A DNA stretch of 63,775 nt, the filler included, from Sluysia triapertura (lineage: Eukaryota): assembly GCA_046118255.1 (NCBI GenBank). It is 4 parts of 4 records of this genome, joined end to end, with 100 filler letters (N's around TTAATTAATTAA, not from the genome) between each part and the next. Parts side by side here need not be neighbours in the genome. Positions count along the whole stretch, not along the records: positions 26,716 to 37,835 come from JBJNIA010188598.1; positions 37,936 to 51,087 come from JBJNIA010043905.1; 2 more parts are not named here. One strand, given 5' to 3'. Every line of letters begins with the position of its first letter. Within the stretch, counting starts at the first letter, position 1. The position numbers were made by a program, and so were the translations under genes. Below, piece by piece: positions 26,716 through 38,985 of the stretch. The notes below the pieces were generated by a model. That model worked only from the letters and a program-made list of their open reading frames with translations, ran no database searches and had not been told where the DNA came from.

Positions 26716-27540
26716 CATTAAAGATTAAAATAACTTCAACCTTTTAACAAGCATTTTAAACTCAAATCTAATGCATAAATCTTGTTTTCAAACTATAAAC
26801 CTTTTAACAAGCTTCAACAAATTATCCTAACATTATTCATTCATTTACAACTTTAATCATTACACGTTTCAAAACAAATTTCAAATAACTTTAAAGATTG
26901 TATTGTTTTACTGTGAAGAATCAACCACAAACGATACATCTTACCCTTAATTGTTGTTGCTCCTTCACAGTACATTTGTCTTTATCATTCTTATTTCATT
27001 TTTATATGTAAGAAGAGAAAAAGATACAAAAGAACAGATCATGTGTTTCACAGATTGAAGATTTATGCGTTGATTTCTTTTAAAAGTTTTGTAGTAATAA
27101 TAATAACAATAATTCCATCGTTTTTACTACTACTAATATTATTGTTATTATTATTATTAAATTTATTAGCATTTAAATCCAGGCATATAAATATAAAATT
27201 AAAAATTAAATTAAAAATATAAATTACAATAAGTCGATTAGACTGCTTGATGCCATCACCAATGCTGACAGCCTATGTCACATTAACATTGAGCTGTCAG
27301 CCTTGATGATGGTCGGCCATCAGTCACATTCATCACGCCAATCAGAGCACAACTAACCAAATTACAAAAGACAAATACCAACGCTCTGATTGAGCAAACA
27401 AAAATAGGGCAGGTAAAGCTGAAAATAGTAATAACAATTAAAATTTTTATTAACAATTAAGTTTCAATACGATTACAATTTTATACCTCTAAGTGTCCTC
27501 AAAATATTCATTTTTTGTTGTTTCAAATTTTCTACATTTT
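26716..27540 (+). repeat. Cassette family copy E (best conserved; 5' part cut by the gap)
   Basis: C/A block, hairpin 26909-26930/26951-26972 (19/22), TATGTAAGAAGAGAAAAGATAC...TTTATGCG, AAT tract, hairpin 27253-27272/27293-27312 (18/20), and CAATCAGAGC (27339-27348)/GCTCTGATTG (27383-27392). Confidence 0.85.
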
Positions 27541-27542
27541 AA

Positions 27543-29059
27543 ATGGATTCAAATAATTTAAAGCTATCGTTGAATGTGAACAATATCGTTGATCTAAGAA
27601 CAACAAAGTTTAATGCAGATAGTTCGTCTTCAAAAATTATTTCATCGATGACCAAATCCATTAAAAACAAAGATCAACTTGTAATACATTCAAAGAGTAG
27701 ACTAAAACATGCAACTCAATTGGGAAATGAATTGGATGTTTTTTCTAAAAATATGACAAAAAGAAATTCCATGAGTGAACAAAATTTAGAAATTTATGAT
27801 CTACCTACGGTTTATTCGATGATACTATTGACTGTGTCTACACATAAACAGAAACACTCGAATGAAATCAAAGTTAAATTTTGCCGTCACAAAACTTACG
27901 AAAGTATGTCAGATCACAGAGAAATCATTATGATTCTGAAAAGTAGTATTAGAGATTTTATAGCATTTACCATCAAGATGAACCCATTCAAAGTAACGGC
28001 TAGTCTAGCAAACCAAGCAAGTTTGGAATTCACAATGAATAAAATATCTTCAACCAAGTCAACTGTTAGAGAAATCTTTAAGCATTATATATGTACAAAT
28101 CCATTTTATTATCAACCAACATCAGAATTATGCAAACTCGAATTATATTTGTGTATAGGTGATGAATATTATGTTTCCATACAAAATGTGACAAGAAATG
28201 TGATATCACAAAAGTTGGAAGATCCTCAAATGAATGAACAATATTTCAGGTTGATGATTCTGGTCAATATACCGTTAAAGATATCTACAATTGAATTTAA
28301 AGTGAACAACAAGTTTTTACAATCATCTAACAATCTAATGCACCAACTCTTGATTTATGTTGTACACAAGATTTTAAAGTGTATATCCAACCTATGGCCT
28401 TTCCATGTAATCAAAAGAAGTACTGATGGAGACGAAGATTATGCTGATTTTAACATGTTACGTACGTTTTATCAAAAATGCATGCCATTTTGCTTTTTTT
28501 CGTCTAATTATAATGTTAGTAGTGAATTTAAATATTTAAATATTAATTCTTTTATTAGGTCAAATGCAATTTGGATTCTTAGAAGGTGGATGCCAGATAC
28601 AGAATTGTCGACGATTTTTTTAATTCAACTAAAATTTTATTAGATTTAATAAATGTATATCTTTTCTGGTTAATTCAAAGTTATTCTAATATTGTAATTT
28701 TAATGAATAAAAGTAATTCAGAACTTCAGTTCAAAACTTTAAGTAAGAAATGGGCAAAACTAAGTAAATTAAATGAGCAAATAGACATGAATTATTGTAA
28801 TGATAAAGATATTCATCACAATGAATTAAATGAAGTTTTAACATTAGCTTTGAATAATATTTTAGTTAGGAAAACTAATAAATTACCTTTAAATAATAGA
28901 CTAGTTTATAAAACGTTGACGCTCTTCAATTTTTGTCAGTACTTATACAACCAAAGATGTTGTCTAGAGGCCCTCTTAAAGAAACCATTTTCACAAACAC
29001 ACCCAAAATGTGAATTAAAAAATATTACTAAATTAATTTGGCACAAGCACATTAATTAA
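27543..29059 (+). CDS. Orphan intronless ORF (366 aa) with an overlapping 157-aa continuation (frameshift or short intron); product unknown
   Basis: A long ATG-initiated ORF in very AT-rich DNA, directly downstream of cassette E. No family recognised. Confidence 0.6.
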
Positions 29060-31300
29060 TTATTATTATTATATATAAAATAACAGAAACAAATAAAATA
29101 GATTAGTTTAAATAGAATCAAAAAGGAGTGTTGATAAAAAGAAAGTAAACGGAAATATAAATTTTTTATTAGTGCTAGTGCTCTTGTGAAAATTTCGCGA
29201 GGAAAATCAATTGTAATATTGGATTATTTGAAAAAATATTGAAAATCATATCGATTCTGCACCTCTTTATATTAATTTCGTAAGTTTTTAATGTTAAGTC
29301 CACTCTTCTTACTTATTTTACTCAATCTTCATAATTATTTGAAACTAGCTTAAGCTAGCTATAAAATCATTATAAAATCCAAATACACTGACAAAAAGAT
29401 TGAGTCTTATTGTTATAATTGTCGAAACAAAATTAAATATCTTTATTAATAAATCTTATTAGTCCTAGAAAATTTGTTTTCTTTTTATTGATAAAGGGAA
29501 ATCGGTAATTAATAAATTAAATTAATAATAAATAATAAATTAACTCCGCGTAAGATTATTAGTAAAGTTAAAAAAATTTAATTAATTTGAGAAAACACAA
29601 ACTTGTATCACTAATAATAAAAAAACAAACCTCAGCTTAAATAGAAGCAAAAAAGGCCTCATGCAATTTTTTGAAGCACATAATTCCTATAAATACGTCT
29701 CTTGAACGAGAATAAATCGTATATTATAGACGAACTCAGTTGATTACTAAACTAATTTTGCAAGAATGTAAGTGTAGTAAATCTAAAGTTGTAACAAAAA
29801 AGGCTCTTTGAAAATTCCAGGATTTGAATGTTTTGAATAAAGTTTTATTTTTATTCTTTTTTTTCAACTACTCGAATATAAGCCGCATCATAATTTTCTT
29901 TGATTTTTCTATTTTTTTATTTCTATAAGACGCAGCTTATATACAAGATTTTAGGGTATTTTGATTGTATGCATTATTTTCATTTAGCTGAAACAAACAT
30001 TTGGTCATTACTTCGTGGTTTTTTTCTATTAGCTAGTCAAGAAAGCTTTGCTATCATTTTTTGTTTCTTTACAAATATGTCTGAACACATGTAAATTTAT
30101 AATCCTAAAGCTTATCAGTGAAGAACAACTTGACAAGCCACTAAACAATTACTAAAAATAAGTAAAGTTTGTTATTGCTTTTTTAAAAAATTTTATATAA
30201 TATTTTACCTAAAAAATATTATTTTTATGACAAACAAATAATAAAATATTTTTATGGTGTAGTTACTTTGAAACCAAACAGTATAAATAGTTACACTTCA
30301 CAGTTTTTGACACAAGAGACTGACCAAAAAACAGATAAGAAACAAAGCTATCTACGAAATAAAATATATCTAAAATTAAAGGAAATTTACGAAAAAGAAT
30401 TTGTTATTTATCGTTATCAGGACTTTGCAGACCGACAAAAAGTGTTAATTATTCACAAATCAATTCGAAAGAAATTCAGAACATGTTATATTTTCATCTA
30501 GTTGTAATTGACAATTTGATCTGGAAACAATATTCTTTATATGAAACCGTAAGTTATTTTGATAAGTTTAGACTTTGATAATCTTAGTCTTAAAATATTA
30601 CTCAAAATCTCATAATATTAAGCAAGAATAACTCCTGGTTTAATTTATTGTCATTAAAATCATTCGAAACAACTAAAGTTGTATTTATTACTACAACTTA
30701 TTAATCTATCTTCAATTTGGTTATAACAAAAATAGATAACATAAAATTTCAACGTATTTGTTTGTTAAATTAGTAACTTGAATCTTCTGTTATTTTCTCT
30801 AAGCTAAACTTCGGTATGAAACTCTTGTGAATATTGAATTCCTTTTATATTACAATTTTCGATAATAAATTATTTCCAATTATAGAATTATTTCCAGTTA
30901 AAATATTGTAATAAGACAATATGTAACTATAGTCAATTACAATATTACGCTGATAATAAACGAAACTAATAAATGAATTACGCTAATAATAAATGATATT
31001 TTTTCTAATACTATAAATGTTAAATCAGTTCTAATATTATAAATGTTAAATCAATATAAATAATTTAACACATATATAGTAGTAATTCAATAACACATAA
31101 CAATCATAATGTACATAATATTCATTACTTTCTATATAATAGTGACAATAATAATAACAACAATAATAATAAATGATATTCATTGCCTTCTATGTTTTAT
31201 AAAATACTATTCAATTTTAATTTAATTTTTTATTACTTTATTAAATTTCGAAAATGATTTTACTTTAAAACATTTTTTATTTTAAATGGAACATTATGTT

Positions 31301-31483
31301 ACACATACATAAAAATTTATATTGGACAAAATTATATAAAATAGACTATTATAAATTGTTATATATAATAAGAAATTTTTGTACATACAAATTTATATTG
31401 GACAAAAATTATAGACTATTATAAATTGTTATATAAGAAATTTTTATACATAAATTGTATCACATATAATAGACTATTATAAT
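31301..31483. repeat. Degenerate tandem repeat, about 65-80-bp unit, about 2.5 copies
   Basis: ACATACA..AAATTTATATTGGACAAAA..ATAGACTATTATAAATTGTTATATA..AGAAATTTTT is repeated. Confidence 0.85.
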
Positions 31484-32133
31484 TTTAACATTGGATATTT
31501 AATATAATAAGAATTTTATAAGGAATCTACATAAAAGGAAGATAAAATACAGACATTTGTATTTTCAAATTATTCTACAACGACACAAGGAAGGTTCAAC
31601 ATAAACATTCGTAATTTCAAATTATTAACCGTTTTTGGCTAACTGAATTAACAAGATATTAACCTTATCGTGATCAGTAATTATTCAATATTTTAGTCAA
31701 GTAAACGATTTTGTACTTTTATTTAGGATCAAAATATTATCTAAAATAATAATAAAATAAATCATTTGTTAACTTTGTTTCTCTTTTAAATTCCTAAAAA
31801 ATCAACTGTGAGTAGTGCTACCAAAAAGAAAGTTTTTTGAGTAAATTGTTCATTAGCGTTTTCATTCCCGAACATCGGAACGAGTATTAGAATTCATCTC
31901 GATACTGATAAAACTTTGAGTAATTAAAAGATATAGAATAGCGACAAGTAATACGTAGGAACATTGATAAATACTAGTAGGCGTTGAATACTCATAAGAG
32001 TATAAGAAAAAGAATAAATTCCTATAAAAAATAGAAACCTGTCAACTAAAATTTATAAAGAATTTGTAAAGTGAATTCAGTATTCAGAATAGGTTTTCGT
32101 GAGTTACGATTTTAATAAAAATTATAAATCTAA

Positions 32134-32134
<1 letters not shown>

Positions 32135-32189
<55 letters not shown>

Positions 32190-32207
32190 GTATTAGTATT
32201 AGTATTA
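32135..32207. repeat. (ATT)n microsatellite with a (TAGTAT)n tail
   Basis: Seen directly. Confidence 0.97.
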
Positions 32208-35200
32208 CATTGAAAATATAAAATATAAATATATGATACACAAATTTAAACATAAATACATATCTCTGTTCTTTTAAACTTCTTATCCTTAAAATGTATA
32301 AATCTTTGTGCTTACAAGAACTTACATAAATATGACATATTTATAATTAAAAGTGGTGACAACTGTATGACGAATTGTTTGATGATATTGAAACGCAAGT
32401 GTTTTCCATGTTAAAAGTATTTATATTTATTCTAACTCTTAAAATTTATTTTGTTTTCTTTTGAATCTTGAAATTCAAAATAAACATAACATAATAATTT
32501 AACTAATACTGTAGTGGAGAATGTATGAATGCTATAAAATGGTTTAGGAAAATATTGTGTAAATTGAAAATTTCAAATATAATCTTTATGTTTAATATTA
32601 AATTCGTTTTACACTATCTTTGCAGAGATTCACATATTATTTGGTATTTGCGTATCATATCTGAATATTTGGTGTATGAATGTTTAAAGGAATGTTATAA
32701 TTATAATATTAAAGTGTAAGATGTGCGAAGCATAAGGATTTATTTAGTGATTTCGTGTTTTAGTGACACGGAATTATGTTGTGGTGGTATTTTATTAGTG
32801 TTTAAATATAATTCATATGCGTTCTAGATGATCTACATGATGAGTTCATTAAGTGAATTATTTATTGTAAAGTATTGTTATTCTTTATTTTAGAAATGTG
32901 CAGATCTGAAGTGTATGTTGTACTCATGCTTTATATTGTATAGATATAAACTGTTTGAGCTTGTAGCTGATTTGTAGAATGGATTTGTTAATTGTAATGT
33001 TACTGTTAGGTAGTTTAAGGTTTAAAATATTTGATTGAGTTGCTTGGTTTTGATATAAAATGTAAGAGACTGTGAAATGCTTAAGGATTATGTGATTTAG
33101 ACTGGAAATTTTGTTTTGAGTTAAAATTTTGTTAGTTGATTTTGTAAAAAATTCAAATGAGTTTGGCTTCCACAAAAGACTATCTAAGTTATTTGATATA
33201 TGTTATAGAGTCTAATCTAAGTTGCAAGAGTATTCGATGTTTTGATTGCAAATTAAATTGACAAAATGATACCCAATGTAACGAACTCCACATCTACACA
33301 TCACAATCATAAACACAATCTGTACATCACAATCAAAAATCAAGACTTCATACATAAATAAAACGCTAAATAAGTTACTTGATACATTCAAAACATAATC
33401 TCAGTCACAATTTATAACTACCATAATCTTTCAATCATTGTTATCATAATTGTTATTACAGTAATAACTACTATTGTTCTTGTAACTTTTTGATTGGTAC
33501 TATAATAATAATTATTATTACTATAAATGCTATATTTGTTTGTAACTATTGCTATTACCATTGTATTTTTATGTATGCATGTTTAATTATTTTTTCTTGC
33601 ATATTTATTATTATTTTTTATTTCTGTTCGATATATTTAGATCCACGATGAACTTAAGGAAAATTATATCATGTTATAAATTTAATAATTATTTACGAAA
33701 AGTCAAAACATTAGTTAAAATAAAAATTTGTTAAATTTTCAAAATAATTTTTAAATTATTATTTTTATTATTATTAATTAACACTTAATGAAAGATATAA
33801 AAAAATAATCGATTACTGTTATATTATTAAATTATGCGATTAAATTATGTTATTAACGTCTTGGCCGCTTTGATATTTAATGGATTATCTTTACATTGTA
33901 CTAAATTTGATGTCATATATACTCGGCCAAATATATTACAAATTTGAGTGATAATACATTTTCAAATTCAATACATGAGATTTCGTCAATGAAACTAACA
34001 TATCATGTTACAATACTTTACAGCACAGACGATACAGTCAAACCTAACATTGATTGTTTAAGCTCAATAAAGGTACTCATGCATGAAGTGTTTGTTTTAT
34101 CCATATTTATTATCTTGTTTATTTCGTTAAATAAAATTTGTTTAAGTAATTTTGTTAATTTGTTATTAAAATTATTCATTGATTTAAAAGGTCTTAAGCC
34201 TAATTTGTTTTATAATTTGTTGATATTTAAATTGTTTATCGTAATTAAAGGCATTAAGCCTAAAGTGTTCATTAAATTTACTGAATTAAAAGTTTATATT
34301 TTAATTAAAATCTTTTTAAGATTTCTTGATAAAACAATTATAAGTCATCCAACACCCATGTTAGCTTTTTATGGCACTTATAAATTCATATTTTAGGCAA
34401 CTGTTATCTATGAACACTTACTAATCAAATCTTACTTAAGAAGAATTATTATGTCTACGATGAAACATAATCCCCTCAATGAACTATGTTATATTTGGGT
34501 ATTGGTTGTAAACTAATAAGACGAAAATCTACAATTCTTTTTTATATTTTCTTTTACTATATGTTAACATTTTCAATAATCAAACATAAACTATATTTTA
34601 AATAAATATACATATGCAGCAATGATAAATAATGTGCAAAACAATTATTACATGGTACAGGTAGTAATAATATAAAATAATGTATGTAGAATGTTAAAAT
34701 AAAATATTTCAAAATACATTGTAAATATAAATGTACCGAAGTTATTTCACTAAGGTTTTTTCCTTCATAAATGTAATAGGTTTTTATTAAAAAAGAGCCT
34801 ACAAAAATAAACTAACAAATTCTTCAATTAATATATAAGATTAATTAATTAAGATTCGATCTAATATGACTGATAGTGTCAGGTGATCCGAGGTCCGAAA
34901 TATGTCTGAAGAGTTACGATAATCAGAAACAAAAAACTTTTAACAAATTATTTAAAACATTCATAAATCATTTCAGTCCTTTAAGATAAGATTCTGTAAT
35001 ACCTTTTTCTAAAATACGATTAATATTTTGTATGAAACCGGCAAACATGTGAATTCCATAAAATAATTTTAATAATTTTTTGACACGCAAAACATTTTAA
35101 TGATTTTTAATCTGCATAATTTTATATTTATAAAATGTTTTGTTTTACCAAAAATTAATAAAAATGCCCAATTCTCATAATTTCTTTACAATTTCATATA

Positions 35201-36409
35201 ATTGTGATAGAACTAGAACTAGAACAACAACAACAATAATAATAATGTAATAAATATTAATGAATGAATGAAAATATAATAAATATTAAAATGTTAATAA
35301 TACAATTAAACATATTAATGAACGATAATAATGTTACCTAATGGTAAAACAGATTAAAAATGCTAATAAATTGAGTAATAAATTAATGTGATTAAATAAA
35401 AATAATTAATAAATGTTGAAAATGATGTTAATAAATTATACTGATTAAAAATAGTATTTTCAATTGTAATAGAATGACTGCATGTATTTGAATGTGTATG
35501 ACAAATGATTGTAATAAATCATATTGGTAAAATTCGAAAGTATGTTAATAAATTATAATAATAATTTTTATGCAAAGAATTAAAGTTTTAATTTTTCTTT
35601 AATTTTAGATATTGTTCAGGAATGTAATAATAATTAATATTGATACAGATTGTAGATAAAATTTATATATGATTTTGAATACATAGTAAATTATATATGC
35701 GAGAAAAAGTATAAGTAAAATGTTGCAAGTATAAATTTGTCACAAGTAATAGTTAATCGATTATATCCTATTTTGGCGCAATTCAATTCAATATTGTCCA
35801 GTTGATAATCAAATCATGTTCGATTATGATTCAGTTCAATCCCGTAACACTTAATTGTTAACTAAATTATATTTGACCTTAGTTCAAATCAATTGATAAT
35901 TAATCTATATTTGGTCTCGGTTCAATAAACTTTCATTGACAATTAAATTTGACTCTAATTCGAGTTGTATTTGACTAACAATCATATCACACTTGATCAA
36001 ATTACTAAGGTGATTCATTTTGAAGTTAGTATTATTTTCCAGTACAATATACAAATTTTTTTTGTCCTTTTGTAAAATCAATAGAAATAAAAAGATTAAT
36101 AACGTTATATAGTCTTAATTAATGTTTTACAAAACTTTTAATATACATTGCATGATCTTATCTTATTATAACTAAAATTGTATTTCTTGTGTATTATTTA
36201 ACACATTACGTGTTATGTCATTCATATATTCAGGACAGTAAAAAAATTAAAAAATACATCTAAAGTTAATAAAAACATGAGAAATTAATTAAATTAATTT
36301 TATTTTGTGCGATAAAATATTGAATAAATTTCAGTTGCCTTAAGACACAAATTAGTTTAATTGATGAATGCACAAAAATTACGTTTTAGCTGCCCTAAGC
36401 AAGCTATTA

Positions 36410-36960
36410 TTATTGACTTTGCTCTTTCTCAAATAAAGATCTTACATTATCTGTTTTATAAAATATCATTTGAGGCATTGCGATATAAACCATTTTAATA
36501 GTCGATATATGAACATTGCTATATGCCAAATGAAATGTAGTCCAACCATTCTTATTTACAATCAAAAAAACCTTCTTTTTCGCGTAATAAAATATAAACC
36601 ATTTCATTCATGATAATTCCTTTGGTAATTCACTAATAATGTAAGGGGCATCCACGGGAACTTTTTTAATGAATTAACAATTTTTGAGTAACATTTGACA
36701 CCAACCAATTTAAGCAATTTATACTTTCATACTGACAAGAATGATGGAATGCATTTTTATAAGAAATATTTCCAAACAATAACGCAAAACATTTACATAA
36801 TCAATGCAAGCTAAATGTATAATATTTTGATTTAATTTGTTCATTATTCTTGATACTATTTTATTTTTTGAAAAATTTTTATAATTCTCTACTTCTTGTC
36901 TGTTCTACCATTTTAATTTACAGTATTTTCAACCATGATCTTATTTTTGTGCCTCATTTC
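36410..36960 (-). pseudogene. Degraded ankyrin-repeat gene fragment
   Basis: NKNGWTTFHLAYSNVHISTIK fits the ankyrin GxTPLHxA consensus. An upstream HLACIDYVNVLRY segment is similar. Multiple stops. Confidence 0.6.
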
Positions 36961-37835
36961 GATAGCCAATTTTTATTGATTAATTTCCTATAATTTTCGC
37001 TTGTGATTTGGTCAATTAGTGTGAAAAATTATTCCTCAAATTCTAGTGTAAGAATTAACAGTGACGTAACTGTTGATTATCACATAATTTGCATAATGTC
37101 GATTATTCAAAAGACTACATGAAATTAATTTATTATTAATAATTATTATTATATTTTTAATGTTATAGTTATATTAAAATAACATATAAATCATATGAGA
37201 TTCTCATAAAATTACTCATTTAATACTTAAAGTAATATTTAATACTAATAATCGCAAATAATATCGAATAATAGAATGCCTGAGAATACTTTGTGGTGCT
37301 CTAATTATGCTCGAATGTTAATCGAATGTCTGAAAAAGGGAAATAAAACCACTTTAAATTGAGATTATAAAGAAATCTAAATCAATATTATGATTGATTA
37401 TGTGAATAAAATTATTTTAAATTAAGATTATGTAGAGAGAAAATGAAATCTAAATTATATAAACACTAAACTCTAATGATTGTGTGAATAAAATCATTTT
37501 ACACGCAGTAATAGTAGGAAAATAATGATACAGAATATAATAATATTTGTACGAATGACTGAATATAACTAATAATAATAAATAATAATAGTAGTAATGA
37601 AATAAATGTATTTACATTTAAAATTTTCATCTACAGTAATAACAATAAATAATAATTTGGTATGTAAATGCTTGCTTGATAAAATTAAAGTAATATTAAA
37701 TATCTTAATAAAGGAAAAGAACTTTATTATAGATTTATTTTTTATCATTTTATATTCTATTTGTGGAATATATGCGCAATTCATTTAGTATTCTAAACAA
37801 TATTTTACGTTGTATTCTTAAACAATTTTATTTAT

Positions 37836-37935
37836 NNNNNNNNNNNNNNNNNNNNNNNNNNNNNNNNNNNNNNNNNNNNTTAATTAATTAANNNNNNNNN
37901 NNNNNNNNNNNNNNNNNNNNNNNNNNNNNNNNNNN
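37836..37935. other. Assembly spacer
   Basis: N44-TTAATTAATTAA-N44. Confidence 0.98.
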
Positions 37936-38520
37936 AAAAATCAAATAAACTCCAATCTCTGTAACAAACATTCTAAACTTAAACCTTTCAACAACATTTA
38001 ACGACTCTACATCCTCATCCATCTTATAGTACTAAATATGTCAGAAGAAAGGATTTAATTAAAGAAAAGATCTTGTGGTAAAATAGACAGAGATATTTAT
38101 GTATTGTATCTTTAATTATTATTATTACTATTATTATTTGTTGCAGTATCCCTATCAATTTAATATTATTATTAATCCTTATTATTAATATTATTATTGT
38201 TATTATTATTATTACAGTTATTATTATTATTGTTCTTTATTAAATTATTATTGTCAACTTTCATTATTATTGCTACTTATCATCATGTACTATTATTTTC
38301 GCCATCATTCATAAGTACTGCATGATGATTAATAGTACAAGTAATAGTGTGAATAATCGTCAGTACTATTTTACTAAAAACGTCACTGCTACTATTATTA
38401 CATAATACAAGCGCATTACGGCGTAATTCTATACACCCACTTGCTGCTGCAATAAAAACCAAAACATTATCTATGGTTTCAGCCAATAAGAAAGCAGCCA
38501 AAAAATTATTAAGAAGTGTA
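37936..38520 (+). repeat. Cassette family copy F (5' part cut by the gap)
   Basis: C/A block, AAATATGTCAGAAGAAAGG...AAAGAAAAGATCTTG...TTTATGT (38034-38102), ATT tract, GCCATCA (38301) followed by an AGTACTG...CAGTACT inverted pair, and CAGCCAATAAG at 38480. Confidence 0.72.
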
Positions 38521-38985
38521 GAACAAAAATCATCAGACTGACGAATAAAAAATTAAAAAATTATTAGATGACCAATAAAAAAGTTAATCAATAATTATTT
38601 TGGCAGCCATTAGAGAGAAAGAAAAAAAATTTGTTGGTGTAAAAAATTAATCACAATCATTACCTACAAAAATAAGCATTTGGCATCCATATTGGCAATA
38701 AAAAATAAAAGTTAATCAGACGGCAGAATTTTAAAAAAAAGTATTAGCCAGACATTACTAAAAAATTAATTTGGACAGTTCTTCCCAGAATTTAATAATA
38801 ATCATAAGTAACGGCAATATTGTAAAGAGTTAAATTAATCAAAAAAACGTTTTAAAAAATTAAGCATCAGACAATATCAAAGAAAAATAACAAGACAGTA
38901 AACTAAAAAAAGGAAAAGATATTATCTTGTTAAAATAATCAACAATAACAGCTAATAATATACTTGTCCACCTCAATTCGACGTC

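Noticed and set aside
34860-34935. CTGAAGA...GAAA hammerhead-like spacing
   Set aside because: No convincing stems I-III could be built.
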